This document shows, in pieces, positions 39,271 to 51,583 of a DNA stretch of 64,000 nt. The position numbers were made by a program, and so were the translations under genes. Location: positions 3,558,175-3,622,174 of the forward strand of contig NC_134032.1 of NCBI RefSeq assembly GCF_964204645.1. Direction: 5' to 3'. The first letter of the stretch is position 1, and the number at the start of each line of letters is the position of its first letter. The notes beneath the pieces are model-generated. The model worked only from the letters and a program-made list of their open reading frames with translations, searched no databases and was not told the DNA's origin. Origin of the DNA: Tubulanus polymorphus (lineage: Eukaryota; Animalia; Nemertea).

Positions 39271-42200
39271 ATGTCACTCAAGTTAAGAAACGTATAAACA
39301 AAATGATCGACGTTGAAAATGACTAACAAAAAGGTTTGGTGGAGCGACGAATTACTCGATTTCAACAACTTATTCACCGATGAACACTCGGAAATTCGAC
39401 CCCAAAACGAAACCCGTTGATAAATGAAGAAAGCGAGGAGCAAAGAGTGATTTTAACCGGTAATTTCAAGAAGCTTTTCACATATGACTAGCGTGCTATA
39501 AAGCGTATTATGACAATGATTTTTATAAATGTTTTATATCTTTTTGGACATTTTTGCAACTCGCTACAAAAAAGACGTCCAGAAATTCTAACAGAATATT
39601 GTGTTTTGATGGTCCTCTAATCCAGCAATGCGAAATTCCTGTTTCTTGTTGGATATGAGCGTATATCTATATTCCTCTGGTAATGCTGGATAAAATAATT
39701 TGGCAATTGTAAGTTATTAAATTTGAACATGAATAGTAGGAATTTCGTAATATGTTTCAATTTTAGGATATTCAATTTCTTGAAAATAGGATCAGTGTGT
39801 TCTAGAAAGAAGGACATATGTTTATTATCATTAAATAATAAGTTATATATAATAATAAGTTCGAAACTTATGAAGTGGAGGAAACACTGCAGTAACCTAC
39901 GATATTATCAAGTGAGGGAGAAAACAGACCATTTTGTCAAATAGTTCGTGGGTTAGAATATTTTCACTGAAATATTTGAAGAGTCGTATTGATTGTACCG
40001 GTACATCTAGTAAAATTTTGGTTTTCTTAATCTATATTCATTTTTCACCATGGTTGTAGGAATGTTTGCAATAGGTTAAACTGGCCGAGGAAGGATAATA
40101 TGCAATTTACAATGTTTTTATAATGTTTCAATATTTTATCCTAGTTTATTTCTCTGTTTTCGTGTAACATGATGAGATCATTAAAGCAGGACTCTGTGCT
40201 CCACTGGCTAAGAATTGTATTGTAAATTGATGACTGCTTCTCACATAAAATTTCAATAAACGCTATATATCTTAATAGAAATAAACCTGTTTCTCTTCGA
40301 TAGATGGGAGCCTTCAACTTGACCTTATATTTATTGGCCATATCAAATATCCTATTATATTTTATACGTGTCGAGTTAAGAATAAATGCTTCCACCTAGA
40401 ACTGTTTTCAACAGATTCCACTTTTTTCTTCATGTCATTTCCAGCAGCAAGGATTTTAAAATTTTAAAAATTTGAAATTAAGAAAAAAAAGTCTTGTCAC
40501 TATAGAGGCGCTGGATTTAACGAGATAACACAAATACAGTTTATATCTACTCTGTACCGAATTCCACATACTTGAAATATTCATGTGACTGTATAGTCAA
40601 ACAGTATTAACTCTATAAGGTGTTTATGCTTTCATTTGTTTTCCTAAACCAAAATCTCAACTGGAACTGGGAAGTGAGGACGTCGATGGATAAAGCAATA
40701 TACAGGGAGAAACCGGCGATAACAACGAAAAACAAGAGGTTCACGGACCTTGAGACTTCATCGAGATAATCGGAAGTTCCAGTTTAGGAAAAGGAACAGG
40801 TCCCGCCTTGCTGTGCAGGCTGGATCAATGTATCTAAACGTATCAATTACATTACAGCATGTCACCACTTGTGCTGAAATGTAATTTATAATTCAATACT
40901 GTCTTAATTGTAAAAGTTATGCTTGTTTTCTGGGCTTATTTTCTCAAAGATCCGCATGAATTTTCGTAGTACTGATATCCGCGAACAAAAAAAAAATATT
41001 ATTATAGAATGTTTAAAAGGAACTGCTTTTTCATAATAGTATGAATAAGCTTATTTCACAAACAAGGTGACGAAACAAAGTGGAAAATATGTTACAATAA
41101 TAATCAGCGGGAATACAATAGGGTTTATGCGAAGGCAGCAGACACCCTAATAAAGAATGATAAGAACGCTTTACTAGATAACGACTGTCAGACACCCCTA
41201 CTATATAACAAATACTCTTCAATTAGAATTCCCTATGAATAAGCTCATTTCAACTCATTTCCAGGAAAACGTTATGACATAATCTAGGATATGTCAAAAA
41301 TGATAAATATCCATTGACATACATTTCCCAGCGCTCTAATCAATGTATCATGTATACTTCCGCGTAATGGAAAAAGTACTGAGCTACGTATCTATCAATG
41401 ACACTTCCTTCAGCAAGATCAGGAACTATCTTCGAAAACTCTGTGACAGTGAACATCATTAGAATTATATACGTAGATATTGACTTGGTACTTAAACCGA
41501 ATTTTTCTGTAACTCAACCGTTATTTGCTTCAACTGATAGAACAGGAATTCCAATTGGAATCGATAGTGCCAAATAACTCACACAAGTCTTTCTTCGCGC
41601 ATTGGCATCGCATAAGAACAAAACCAAGGCATCGCCATCCGGTATCAGCCCAATTGCTCATTTGGCCAAAAAGGATAACATTTCAGTTCCGGATGATTTA
41701 CCAATAGCATCAGTCTAAATAAATGCTACGTATTTATGATTATTGCGTACTCTATACTGTCTTATTCATCATCGAGATCTTAAATCATTACTCAGTGATT
41801 TGATGAAAACTCTTCTGTAGAGGTTGATAAGTATAATATCTCAATCTATGCTTTCAACGTTCGTAGTTGTAACGTGAATTTTGAACCATTTTCATATCTT
41901 TTGAACAATTTGAAAGCAGACTTTTCTATTTTGAGGCTTTCAAAAACCTGGACAAACGAACTGCATGATAATCAGAGGTTTTACAGATTCCAAGGCATGA
42001 AAAGCGTTATAAGTTTTTAAGAAAATTTTAAGATTTTAAAAAATTGTCAGGGGGTAGGATTTTTAGATACATTTTTTACGTAAAATTTAGACCAAATCAT
42101 TTGGGAACGTGTTCTATATGAAGACAAAAATATTTTTAAATGCCTCTTTATATATAAATATATCGATTTTGAAAAAGAAAGAAATAGTTAATTGGTTTGA

Positions 42201-42601
42201 TCTACCAACCACCAACACAAAACAAAGCAGCGATGGCTTAAACAATTAATCATTTCATTCCACTTTTAGAGAAACTCAATACAGAAAACGAAGTAGGCAT
42301 TCTAATGGGCTATTTCAGTTAGTAGAGTATCATATCATAAAAAGATGGATATATATGGGAAATGATAAGGATGCACAGGGAAATGATCTACTGAACATTA
42401 TAACAAGGGCAACGTATTAGGTGGGCCTACGTTAGAAGCAATGTGTACGTATTTAGAATATGGAAGATATTCATTTGAAAATAGCGCAGCTGAAATTGTT
42501 GAAGTATTTAAATCGATGAAAATGGATTCAAATTCCGTTCATTTGTTTGAACTGAACAGACTGTCTAATTTACGTTGTAATATTCGGTTACTACTGCTGT
42601 G
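39271..42601 (+). pseudogene. Decayed downstream exons of the RHIM-repeat gene: linker exon (39271-39459), SGNH-like region (~40650-41641), death-fold-like region (~41900-42600)
   Basis: Splice-site-bounded segments with coding-like translation but multiple stops and frameshifts. Motifs IEIIGSS, KYVTIIISGN, FPSALINVSCILPR, DRTGIP and GGPTLEAMCTYLE..AAEIVEVF. Confidence 0.45.
39617..39817 (-). mobile_element. L2/Crack-like LINE 3' fragment
   Basis: HTDPIFKKLNILKL..YPTRN resembles the ORF2 C-terminus of the LINE at 32.2-32.5 kb. Confidence 0.6.
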
Positions 42602-45060
42602 AAAACACTTGTCTCGCTAGTCCACGTATATAATAGCACCCAGCGGAAATAGAATCACAACTGAATTCAGTTAGTTCCACGAAATACGTGAGTTAAACGA
42701 TTTGTTATCATTCTAAAGTGGCAGTTCCTAGTTTTGTGCTCTGACGTCTCCCTTTTAAACCCTATAATTTAAAACACCTTTTCCAGGTTTTAATACATTG
42801 TCAACGATGATCAGTAAGTCAAATATCATAAATCAATTCATTCTAAACATATATTCATTCGAATGTTTTCTAATTCATTAAGTAGCGACTCAATACGTTT
42901 CATACAGATAAGACTAGGTTTACGGTTTATTAATGAACATGTATTTCTAGGTGAGTTATTAAAGCTTATTCTTCCACTTTGTGGGATTTTTGCGTCAGTG
43001 TGCGCCATGGCTGCAGGCGAAGGAGAACGAAAATTGACGACCAGAGGATTCGTGTTCGACTGCTTTGTTGATCAAAGTACTGAGTGTTCATATCTTCTTT
43101 GAAATAATGATGTATGATCATGTAAAAGATTCTGCAGTTGTAGAGACTGACTAGGGCTGTATATTTCAGTTCATACAACGGTAGTTTATTTCTCTCTCTT
43201 TATATTGCATGTCAGCCAAGTACACAGAAAATTGGACCTATTTATTGAGGCACTGTGACTGAGATTAGTCACGGGATTTTAACCGCTACGTGTACTCAAA
43301 ACTCAATACCGAACGAATAAACCTGCTTACAATGCTTAGAATGCATACAAAAAGAATACAAAACGTAACCACGTACTCCCGCCCCAAAATTTCGTGAATA
43401 TAATTATCCCCTATATAATATTAATATTTCAATATCATTTACATTTATATCTGACATATATTTTCACTAAGTGAAATTAACGTTGGTAAAGAACCTGATT
43501 GATAACTAATGAATGCAAATTACGAGAGTCTCGTGTTCAGAAAACAGAATTCACATACACATTTTGTCGTTTCGCTCGGCGGTTACGAACAGCCGTGATT
43601 CTTTGATCAGCAGCAACGGCAGATGCGCGGATTGGACGTTTTCCAACCACAGATCCGTCTACGTTTTCGGTAGGATTCGCCTCGCCTAGCGATCCCGGAT
43701 CTGCGCATGTTGTACCATTGGTGAATCCAATGGATGTCCTCAAAGTAGCGTTTCGAACTTTCCAGTCTTTTTCACGACGCAACGCGGTGTCGTCCCCTAG
43801 ACGCCATAGGTTTCTGGGTCGTCATGAATTTGAAAGACGGAGCCTAAATTAACATTTTCCTGATCTCTCCGTTTCCTGATCTTTCCTGATGCCGTTCGCG
43901 TAAGCTCAACAAATATTCACATTTTGCAGCGACGACAAAATTAACTGAACAATAACCAAATATAATTCATACGACGAGTAATCAAATCTCGATGGACACG
44001 GAATTCAGGATCACTAAATTCCGTCTCGCACACGTAGGCTTGAGGAAACCCTGCAATACGGCGTCCATACTTGAGCATGGACGGCGTGAGCGGCTGAATG
44101 TCGGACGCATTGAAGATTGATGTCAAAGGCCTATCATTCAGTTGACTTTCAATTTCTATTAATAGTACAATGTAACTAAATTCAAATGTGAGTTTCGATC
44201 GACATAAAATCTTTTTGATCATGCCTTTAACCAAGCCCACTAGCCGCTCATAAAAACCCCTTGCCAGGAACTACGTTTGGCTATAAACTCCGGTTGAACT
44301 CGATCTATTTTCAGCCAAATAACTAGCAACCTTATTCGACGAAATTATCTCATTCAAGACTTCATTGGCCGATGTAAAAGTAGATGCATTGTCGGATATG
44401 CATTTTCTAGGAACTGACCGATACTACTCGACTGCTAGGCAAATGCAGATGTACGTAGTGGAAGAAAGCATGGTTTACCCTAAATACACTGGCATTTAAA
44501 ACTTTAATAGCAATTTAACGCGCTGTCTGAGATCAGGAATCCAATAAGAGACCATTCAATTAGTACGTACACGCTGAGGGGAGTGGGTGAGTAGTTAACG
44601 TAGAATGCGTATTTGTGTATGGTGGAGGGAGTAGGATTTTAGGTACATTTTTGTTCCGTTTATTTCTGACATCCGACAATAGTGGTTCCGGGACTCAAGG
44701 TCACTAGTCTCGCCGCGTAGTTTGATAGATCTCAACACGTGGCGCACGGAAAACTGAAGATGTCGCAACATAAACTCGAAATCACCAAATCCACAAATGT
44801 GTGATACTTTGGCAACGAAATAGGATAGGTCTCTTTGCCAAATCAGAAATGTCAGCATCGTCGATTCTGCCGTTTGAATGTATTATTCCATCGTCACCGA
44901 TACATAACTGTAAGTTTTCAATCAATCTATTAGTAACTGGAGCTCAATTATGTAAGAAAACTATTATACCAATATCCGAGTAAAAGATCGAAAGTATTGT
45001 ATTTGATGATGCTGTGATAATATATGGATTGGGGAGTAAAAAAAATCCAGTTCAAAATTC
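42600..45060 (-). mobile_element. Degenerate BEL/Pao element: integrase relic, PPT and probable 3' LTR (~42600-43373)
   Basis: IESQLNDRPLT..LTPSML, ISDNASTF, LQL.IGDDGII..GRI and C-terminal RPIRASAVAA motifs. PPT ggggcgggagta on the minus strand at ~43374-43385. The far LTR boundary is uncertain. Confidence 0.7.
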
Positions 45061-45089
45061 ATTGTAAATGAACTAATTTTGACAACGGA

Positions 45090-46280
45090 CTACCTATCGG
45101 TATTGTAGTAGAACAGTTTTATAAATTGTCTTCTAAAAATTTGTAACGTACCGAAATATATGAAAAAGTTTACGCAGAACAAGACGTTTCGAAATCCGTA
45201 AAATATTCCTTCTAATTCACGCCACAAAAGTATTAGGTAAAACGTTCTAGTAGGGGATCCGTAAAGATTAATACGATGGTTTATCCAGATCACATACATG
45301 AGAAATTCGTTGAAGTTATGCATTAATTTAGTGACAGTGTTGGGTAGAACACAAATTATATAGACTAAAATGACAACTAGAAGTGTTTTACTAGTCGATG
45401 ACCGAAAGCGTTCTGCTCCTGTTCTATTCAACATGCTAGATTTCTGAGAACGTGATAAACCAGTTAGAATTGATGCTATGATGATCGCAATGGCCGGAAA
45501 TATCTCCTGAAAGAATACTCTTGCCATTGTTATAATAACATAAAGAAATTGATTCATCCCATAAGACTGCTTGCAACTGAATTGAGTGAAGGTTTCGTTA
45601 TATCTACGAACCGCATTGCGATAAATGTAGATACTTTTACTCAAAGAATCGAGGTTTATGATGCAGGAAAACACTATGACACCACATACTATGACGACAC
45701 GCCGCTTGTAGGTGAAATATCTCATATGAAAGAATGGTAAACGTATAGAAACAAATCTTTCAACAGCAATTGCTAAGACTATGTAGTGTGATACTGCTAT
45801 TGCTTGGTTGTAAGATATGTTAACCAACAAACATTTTGGAATTAATTTGTTAGGAATGTACTGAAAATAATAATAGAAATGGTACAATGATGATGAACAC
45901 AGTTTGCCATGTTTTGACAATGTCATATAGTTATCTCCACATATTTTCGGGTAAAATTGGATTTTTACCAGGATGTATTTCAAATAATATGGAAAGTTGC
46001 TCAGCTTGATAAATAAAACGATTTGTTCTGAAAACGCGAGAGTTATGAGATAGGGGAACGTGTAACGAACAGTCTGGTATCTGCGACATTTAATCAGTAG
46101 AATTATTGTCAGAAAGTTGAACACACTTCCGAGTGGAAACACTAACAAAGTAAATGTGTAGAAGTTGAGAAGATAAGCGCGTCTAGTGAAACTTCTAAAG
46201 GCTGTAATAAAAGCTGGTGTCCTGGAAGCGTATGACAGTCGCTGGGTTGTAGTAACGGCGATGATAGTAACATTATTCAT
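45090..46280 (-). CDS. Intronless class A GPCR, FMRFamide/peptide-receptor-like orphan, 396 aa
   Basis: Seven hydrophobic segments: TM1 G..FN, TM2 YL..LAFSE, TM3 IAVERF..I..PF, TM5 FP, TM6 CVLP, TM7 NFFIY. N-glycosylation site at the N-terminus. Confidence 0.85.
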   Translation of the reverse strand: MNNVTIIAVTTTQRLSYASRTPAFITAFRSFTRRAYLLNFYTFTLLVFPLGSVFNFLTIILLIKCRRYQTVRYTFPYLITLAFSEQIVLFIKLSNFPYYLKYILVKIQFYPKICGDNYMTLSKHGKLCSSSLYHFYYYFQYIPNKLIPKCLLVNISYNQAIAVSHYIVLAIAVERFVSIRLPFFHMRYFTYKRRVVIVCGVIVFSCIINLDSLSKSIYIYRNAVRRYNETFTQFSCKQSYGMNQFLYVIITMARVFFQEIFPAIAIIIASILTGLSRSQKSSMLNRTGAERFRSSTSKTLLVVILVYIICVLPNTVTKLMHNFNEFLMYVIWINHRINLYGSPTRTFYLILLWRELEGIFYGFRNVLFCVNFFIYFGTLQIFRRQFIKLFYYNTDR

Positions 46281-47219
46281 TGATGATACCAGCCGTTTAG
46301 AATCCGAATGCTACTCGGTGAACTGCGCAGAAACGCACACGATGCTCCCGTCTCTCAACTGTTATCATTTCTCAACAATCGATATGAAATTACAGTTGAA
46401 ATGCTCGACATCAAACTCACCGTAGATAATTATGGAGATACAACGGTACTTCTAATATTACTCATTCTGATCGCTCTGTCGATCTCATACAAAGGTTTCA
46501 GTCCTCATAATAAACTCCTTCTAAAATTTGTCAGTACGCTAGGACCCAAAACCTAACTATGCGCAGTGATTCGTGTTATATTTTATATCAATGTATATTT
46601 ATTTATATTATATGTGTATTTATTTGACGTATATAACATTTTAGACAGAACCACCAAAAATATTTCTAGTATTTTATATTAACTTTTTACTCTTTTTACT
46701 CTCAACTATTGTGGGATTTTACATTTATTGTTTCCTTTCCAGTTATCCATGGTTTCAAGTAAGCCTAATTGACTGTTTGTTGAGCTTCGTTGTATAAAAC
46801 CGTGTTGACCGTTGAACAGGATTCTATTAAATTCCCTTCATTTTCTTAAGCATGGTGTAGCTGCTTCGGCATACATGCGATCGTGGTCGACACAGTATCC
46901 AGACAAGATCAAGAAGTTTTCTCCGATCGAAAACAGGTGGCCGAAATTAACGGAACTGTCTCATCTTGGAAATAAGTTGATCTAACTAGTGGAGTCACGC
47001 AAGGTAGTATCCTCAGTCGTCTTCTCTTCACTGTCCTGAGAGGCAGAGTAATCGCAAAGGTACAGGACCGAGTAAATTTCCAAAACGACCTAATCAAGTT
47101 GTGTCCCGTACATGGTCAGAAACACGTATGATAAGCATCATCCTGAAAAGGCATAATATGGATATCGGATACAAAGAAAATCCAGGTTCGTATTATACCT
47201 ATTGTGTTCGGGTGTGAAG

Positions 47220-47712
47220 ATTACTTTGTTCGAAAAAAGTTTACTCCGTAATGAAAAGACTATTTAGTTCCACGAAAATCTTTTTCTTTGGAATGAAAAA
47301 CTTTCAATGGATCAATATACTTGTTTAAACGAAAAACTTAATGTTCCGACAAGAAAATTTTGTTCGAATGAAAACAATTTTGCTCAATCGAACAATATAC
47401 TTTCTATACAAATGAAAAGTTGTTCGAATAAAAAGCTATGTTATTGTTTGGACGAAAAATTGTTTGTCCCGACAAAAAAAAATTGGTGAACGAAAACAAT
47501 TTTGTTCGAATAATAGTTTGAATAAAAAGAATTCTGTTCGATCGAACATTTTCGAATTTTTATTTAAAGTTTTGTTCGAACGAAATCAATTTTGTTCGAT
47601 CGAAAAAAACATTTTCGGTTCGAACAAAATCATTTTGTTCTGACAAAAAAATTATTTTGAACGAAAAGATTCTCAGACGAAAAAAAGATCTTATCATCCG
47701 GGGCTCCGTCGT
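47220..47712. repeat. Degenerate A/T-rich repeat (ttttgttcgaacgaaa-type), probably the interior of a non-autonomous DNA element
   Basis: Many gttcga/cgaaa motifs, ending in ggggctccgt. Confidence 0.5.
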
Positions 47713-49033
47713 AACTCATCGGGAATTAATAAAATACAAGTTTCATTAATGATGAAAAACTCAAATGAAACCCATGTTTATAAAGCTGCCTGCTCAGACG
47801 AATGATAACAGCTTATCAAAAAAATCTTCATATTAGCTGATGCAGGCCTAAGTATATGCACGTAGGTCTAGCTTCCAGACAAATGAGGCTTAGACCGATT
47901 GCGGTTTAACCCTCGTAAACATCGTATTACTACACCTCTATTTAACAGGGTTAGATTTCATGGTGTATTCCATTTGTAATATCAATTTCATTTTCGGACG
48001 AAGAAACAAATCACTTGCGCTACGTGTCATAGCAATGTTGTCGGATTTTCTATTGCAAATTTTGTTTGAATTTCAATCCATGTGTCCGTAAATAAACACA
48101 ACAATTATATTGTGTTTGTTTGAAACAGTAAAGCACGTAGGCCTCAAAGTAGCACAACTCAATAAACACTTCAAGCGGCCAAACGGTCTCAGATCACCAG
48201 CGGTATCGGAAATACTGAATCCGAATAACAAGCGTGATTTCAGCTTACGGATAATCATGTGTTATATACAGTTATTTATCAAATATCCTGTCGATTTGGT
48301 AAAGATCGGTGTATACTGAAAACGATACATGGTTGAAGCCCGTGGCCGAATCACTGGTAGTAATAAATTCATTTATTTTGGTACCTCGTCAACACTACAG
48401 CTTTTCTCTGCTGCATCTTTCCGGCGTGTTTAGTTTAGGCCTGCGACTCGCCGGTACTTTAATGGTACTTAAATGATATATCGTACTAAATATCCGAAAC
48501 CATTTTGTAAAGGAAAATAGAATATTGTTAAACTAACTGCCTGAAGCCCGTAGCCAAATCACTGGGAGTAATACATTTATTTGTACTTGATTTGATTTTC
48601 ATGGCGAGGAGAATGCACAGCGGATCCGCGGAACGACGATGTAAAGACACACGTAGATTCATCGATCTTTACAGCTACAGCTCGACAGTGCTTATAATAT
48701 TTAGAGCAGTAAATATCCCGTGGATGATGAAGTGTACAGATGAAGAAGATGGGTAATTGTTAAAATCATTCTTTGAAGACCGCGGCTGAGTGTGAAGTCA
48801 TGCGGCAATAAATTTGTTTATCTATACTTGAATTGATAATCGCAGTGACGAGCAGCCTGTGGTGGATTTCGGGATGACGACTCAGAAAACATGTACAGTT
48901 AGATCGAAAGTCATTTTCATTGCTCGAAATGCCAATCAATACACACTAACCAGGTGGGGTACGTTTACCTTTTGGCTGCTTACTATAACAGAACCAGAAC
49001 GAACCATCTAATTGAAGATGCGCTTTCGGAACA

Positions 49034-49246
49034 TTATATTAGCGTAAGGTTGTAATCATCGATTAGTTTTTTCTCGATTTGGACGTCGCTTATTTTAAAT
49101 GGAGTTTTATTTTCCCATGCACAAAAGCATCTTGCGACCAATTCAGCTTTCGTGCCCGTCGTCCTTAAACCGCGAGCGCATAAATACGATTTTAATTTGT
49201 CTACAGTCAATTTGACAAAATCATCGTATCCCTGGATCTCAGCCAT
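49034..49246 (-). pseudogene. SAP-domain N-terminus of an ISL2EU accessory gene (truncated)
   Basis: LTVDKLKSYLCARGLRTTGTKAELVAR is a SAP signature and lies head-to-head with the THAP/DDE gene. The expected downstream nuclease was not recognisable. Confidence 0.65.
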
Positions 49247-49322
49247 TCTGAAATGAAAATAAAATCAATTTTTCAAATTAAGAAGCTTTCATAACTAACA
49301 TGTGTATTACGTTTATTTACAG

Positions 49323-50643
49323 ATGGGGAAATATGACAATTGCTGTTTTTGTGAAAACGCAAGAAATTATCCGTTCTCAGAGATAAAAAAACCTCATGTA
49401 GATGGAAAATTGATATATTACGACATTGTTCGACGCAATGATCCAACATTTGTGAATCACTGTAAAACCGCACTAGAAAAAATGGGTAAGCAGCTAACAG
49501 TGACGTCGAAGGTCTGCTCAAATCATTTCATCGATGGGAGGCCGACCGATATCAACCCTTATCCATACGTTACAAACGAGGAACAAAATATGCCAAAGAA
49601 GCGAAAAAATAGAGATTGTTCACGTTCGGTGATTAGTAAGACGACGACAACGCAGCCGATATATACGGGTGTTGCGGTAGACGGTTCAGGTGATGGGAAC
49701 ACGATGAGCCTGACATCGTGCGTCGCATTTGACGCAGATGACGCGGGATGTTGACGTAAAGTTTTTTACCGGTTTCGATAATCGGGCAACTTTGAAAACT
49801 ATTTTTAATTTCTTGTCTGAAAAAGCTGCCTGTATGGTTTATTGGAAAGGTGGTCAAACAAGAGAAACTCTGTCGAACAATAAGATGGGTAGAAGGAGAA
49901 AACTAATCCTCGAAGATGAATATTTCATGGTTTTGATGCGTTTACGTCTGGGGTTATTGGTTCGTGATTTATCGCACCGCTTCAACGTATCAATTTCTGC
50001 CGTTAGCTCGATATTTTCAACGTGGATACGTCTAATGAGGCTTGAATTATCATGTATCATTATCTGGCCTTCAAAGAATCAAACCAAAGCTCTTCTACCA
50101 GCTGCATTTGTTCAGTTTTATCCGCATACAAGGTGTATCGTGGACCGCACTGAAATTTCTATTGAAACGCCAACAGCGCTCGACCTACAAGCAGCTACTT
50201 GGAGCGACTACAAACATTCTAATACGATACAGTTTTTGATTGCCATTACTCCAAATGGATTGATATCGTACGTTTCGCCTTGCTACGGAGGTCGTGCTAG
50301 TGATAAATATATATTCACTGATTGCGGTATTCTCGACTTCATTGAACCACACAACGAAATAATGGCCGACCGAGGTTTCAAAGTTCAGGAAATTTTAATG
50401 TCAAGACACGCAACGTTAGCAATCCCCCCGAGCGTTTATCATAATGCACAGATGACCAACGATTCAGTGAAAACTACATCCCGAATTGCAAACGTCCGGA
50501 TATATGTTGAGCAAGCTATAGGGCGGATGAAGAATTTCAGAATTTTAAAGAATACGCTGGAGGTCAAAACCGTTCCTTTAATGGATGATGTAGTTATTGT
50601 TTGCGCGGCAATATCAAATCTCAAGCGCGCACTTTGCTCTTAA
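49323..50643 (+). mobile_element. ISL2EU/Harbinger-type transposase: THAP + HTH + DDE_Tnp_4, with a frame break near 49730
   Basis: THAP KVCSNHFIDG; HTH MRLRLGLLVRDLSHRFNVSISAVSSIF; catalytic VDRTE, MADRGF, RIYVEQAIGR. Confidence 0.88.
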
Positions 50644-51566
50644 ATTAAGGATCATGTTGTTATTAATTAATTTTTGAAACAATATCTGTTTGTACTAATT
50701 CAATAATTACTATGAATAATTTTATGATAAACTGTGTTAATTTAATTCTACCTAAAAATAAAGTTATTTAATAATAAATAATAACTTTATTTCGAATAGG
50801 CTTATTAATTAGGCCTGGCCTATTAACTGTTAGGCCCTACTGTAAATATTTATTAGCTGTGAATTGTATATCGAATTATAAATTTTAGCGTTGAAATTGG
50901 TTTTCAAAGGATTTGGTTTCCTTAACCTTAATTAAATAATAAAACATTTTTATTTTCAACACATTTGTTTGGTTTTATGGCCATAAAAAATCCCATGTTT
51001 GATACATGTACCGTACACGTATGTCTATCCCGGATCCGGCTCGTATTGCCTTGCTCCAACTATAAGTTCAGATTAATCTAAAATCAGTCATGATTCAAAA
51101 GTTCCTAATTCTCTCTCTTGGAAATGGCTGGTTGAATACCCAGTGACGGCATCGTAAAATAGAACTGTGGTACCGGTACCCGGCAGTTAAAACTGACCCC
51201 GCTGGGACGTTAGATTTAGCTAAATGAAATAGACATTCGGGCCAGCGGTGCACTTAGATCACTCATAACACTAAAGTTAAATTGAATTGAATATATTTTG
51301 GCCTTTACGGCTTCCCATAGTCACTCTCCTAGGAGCGCCACTGCATTTGAACTTTGAACTAAAATGGTTGGCAGCCGCTCGAAATATACGCACATTTCGC
51401 GAAACAATAGGATATTTCTCAGGCCTACGGATGCGATAAGGTAAGTCTATAGCACCCTAAGAATGATAATAACACACTGATTATAAATCAGTTGCTCGAT
51501 ACTTACCTCAAATGATCATTAAGTCGTAGATGAAGATTCAATCGTCTTTTACTAGGTGATTGTTAA

Positions 51567-51583
51567 GCGCCATCTAGTGGTCA
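51567..51583 (-). promoter_or_regulatory. CTCF consensus-like motif
   Basis: Reverse strand reads tgaccactagatggcgc. A second match gcactagatggcgct lies at 53136-53150 (+). Confidence 0.4.
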
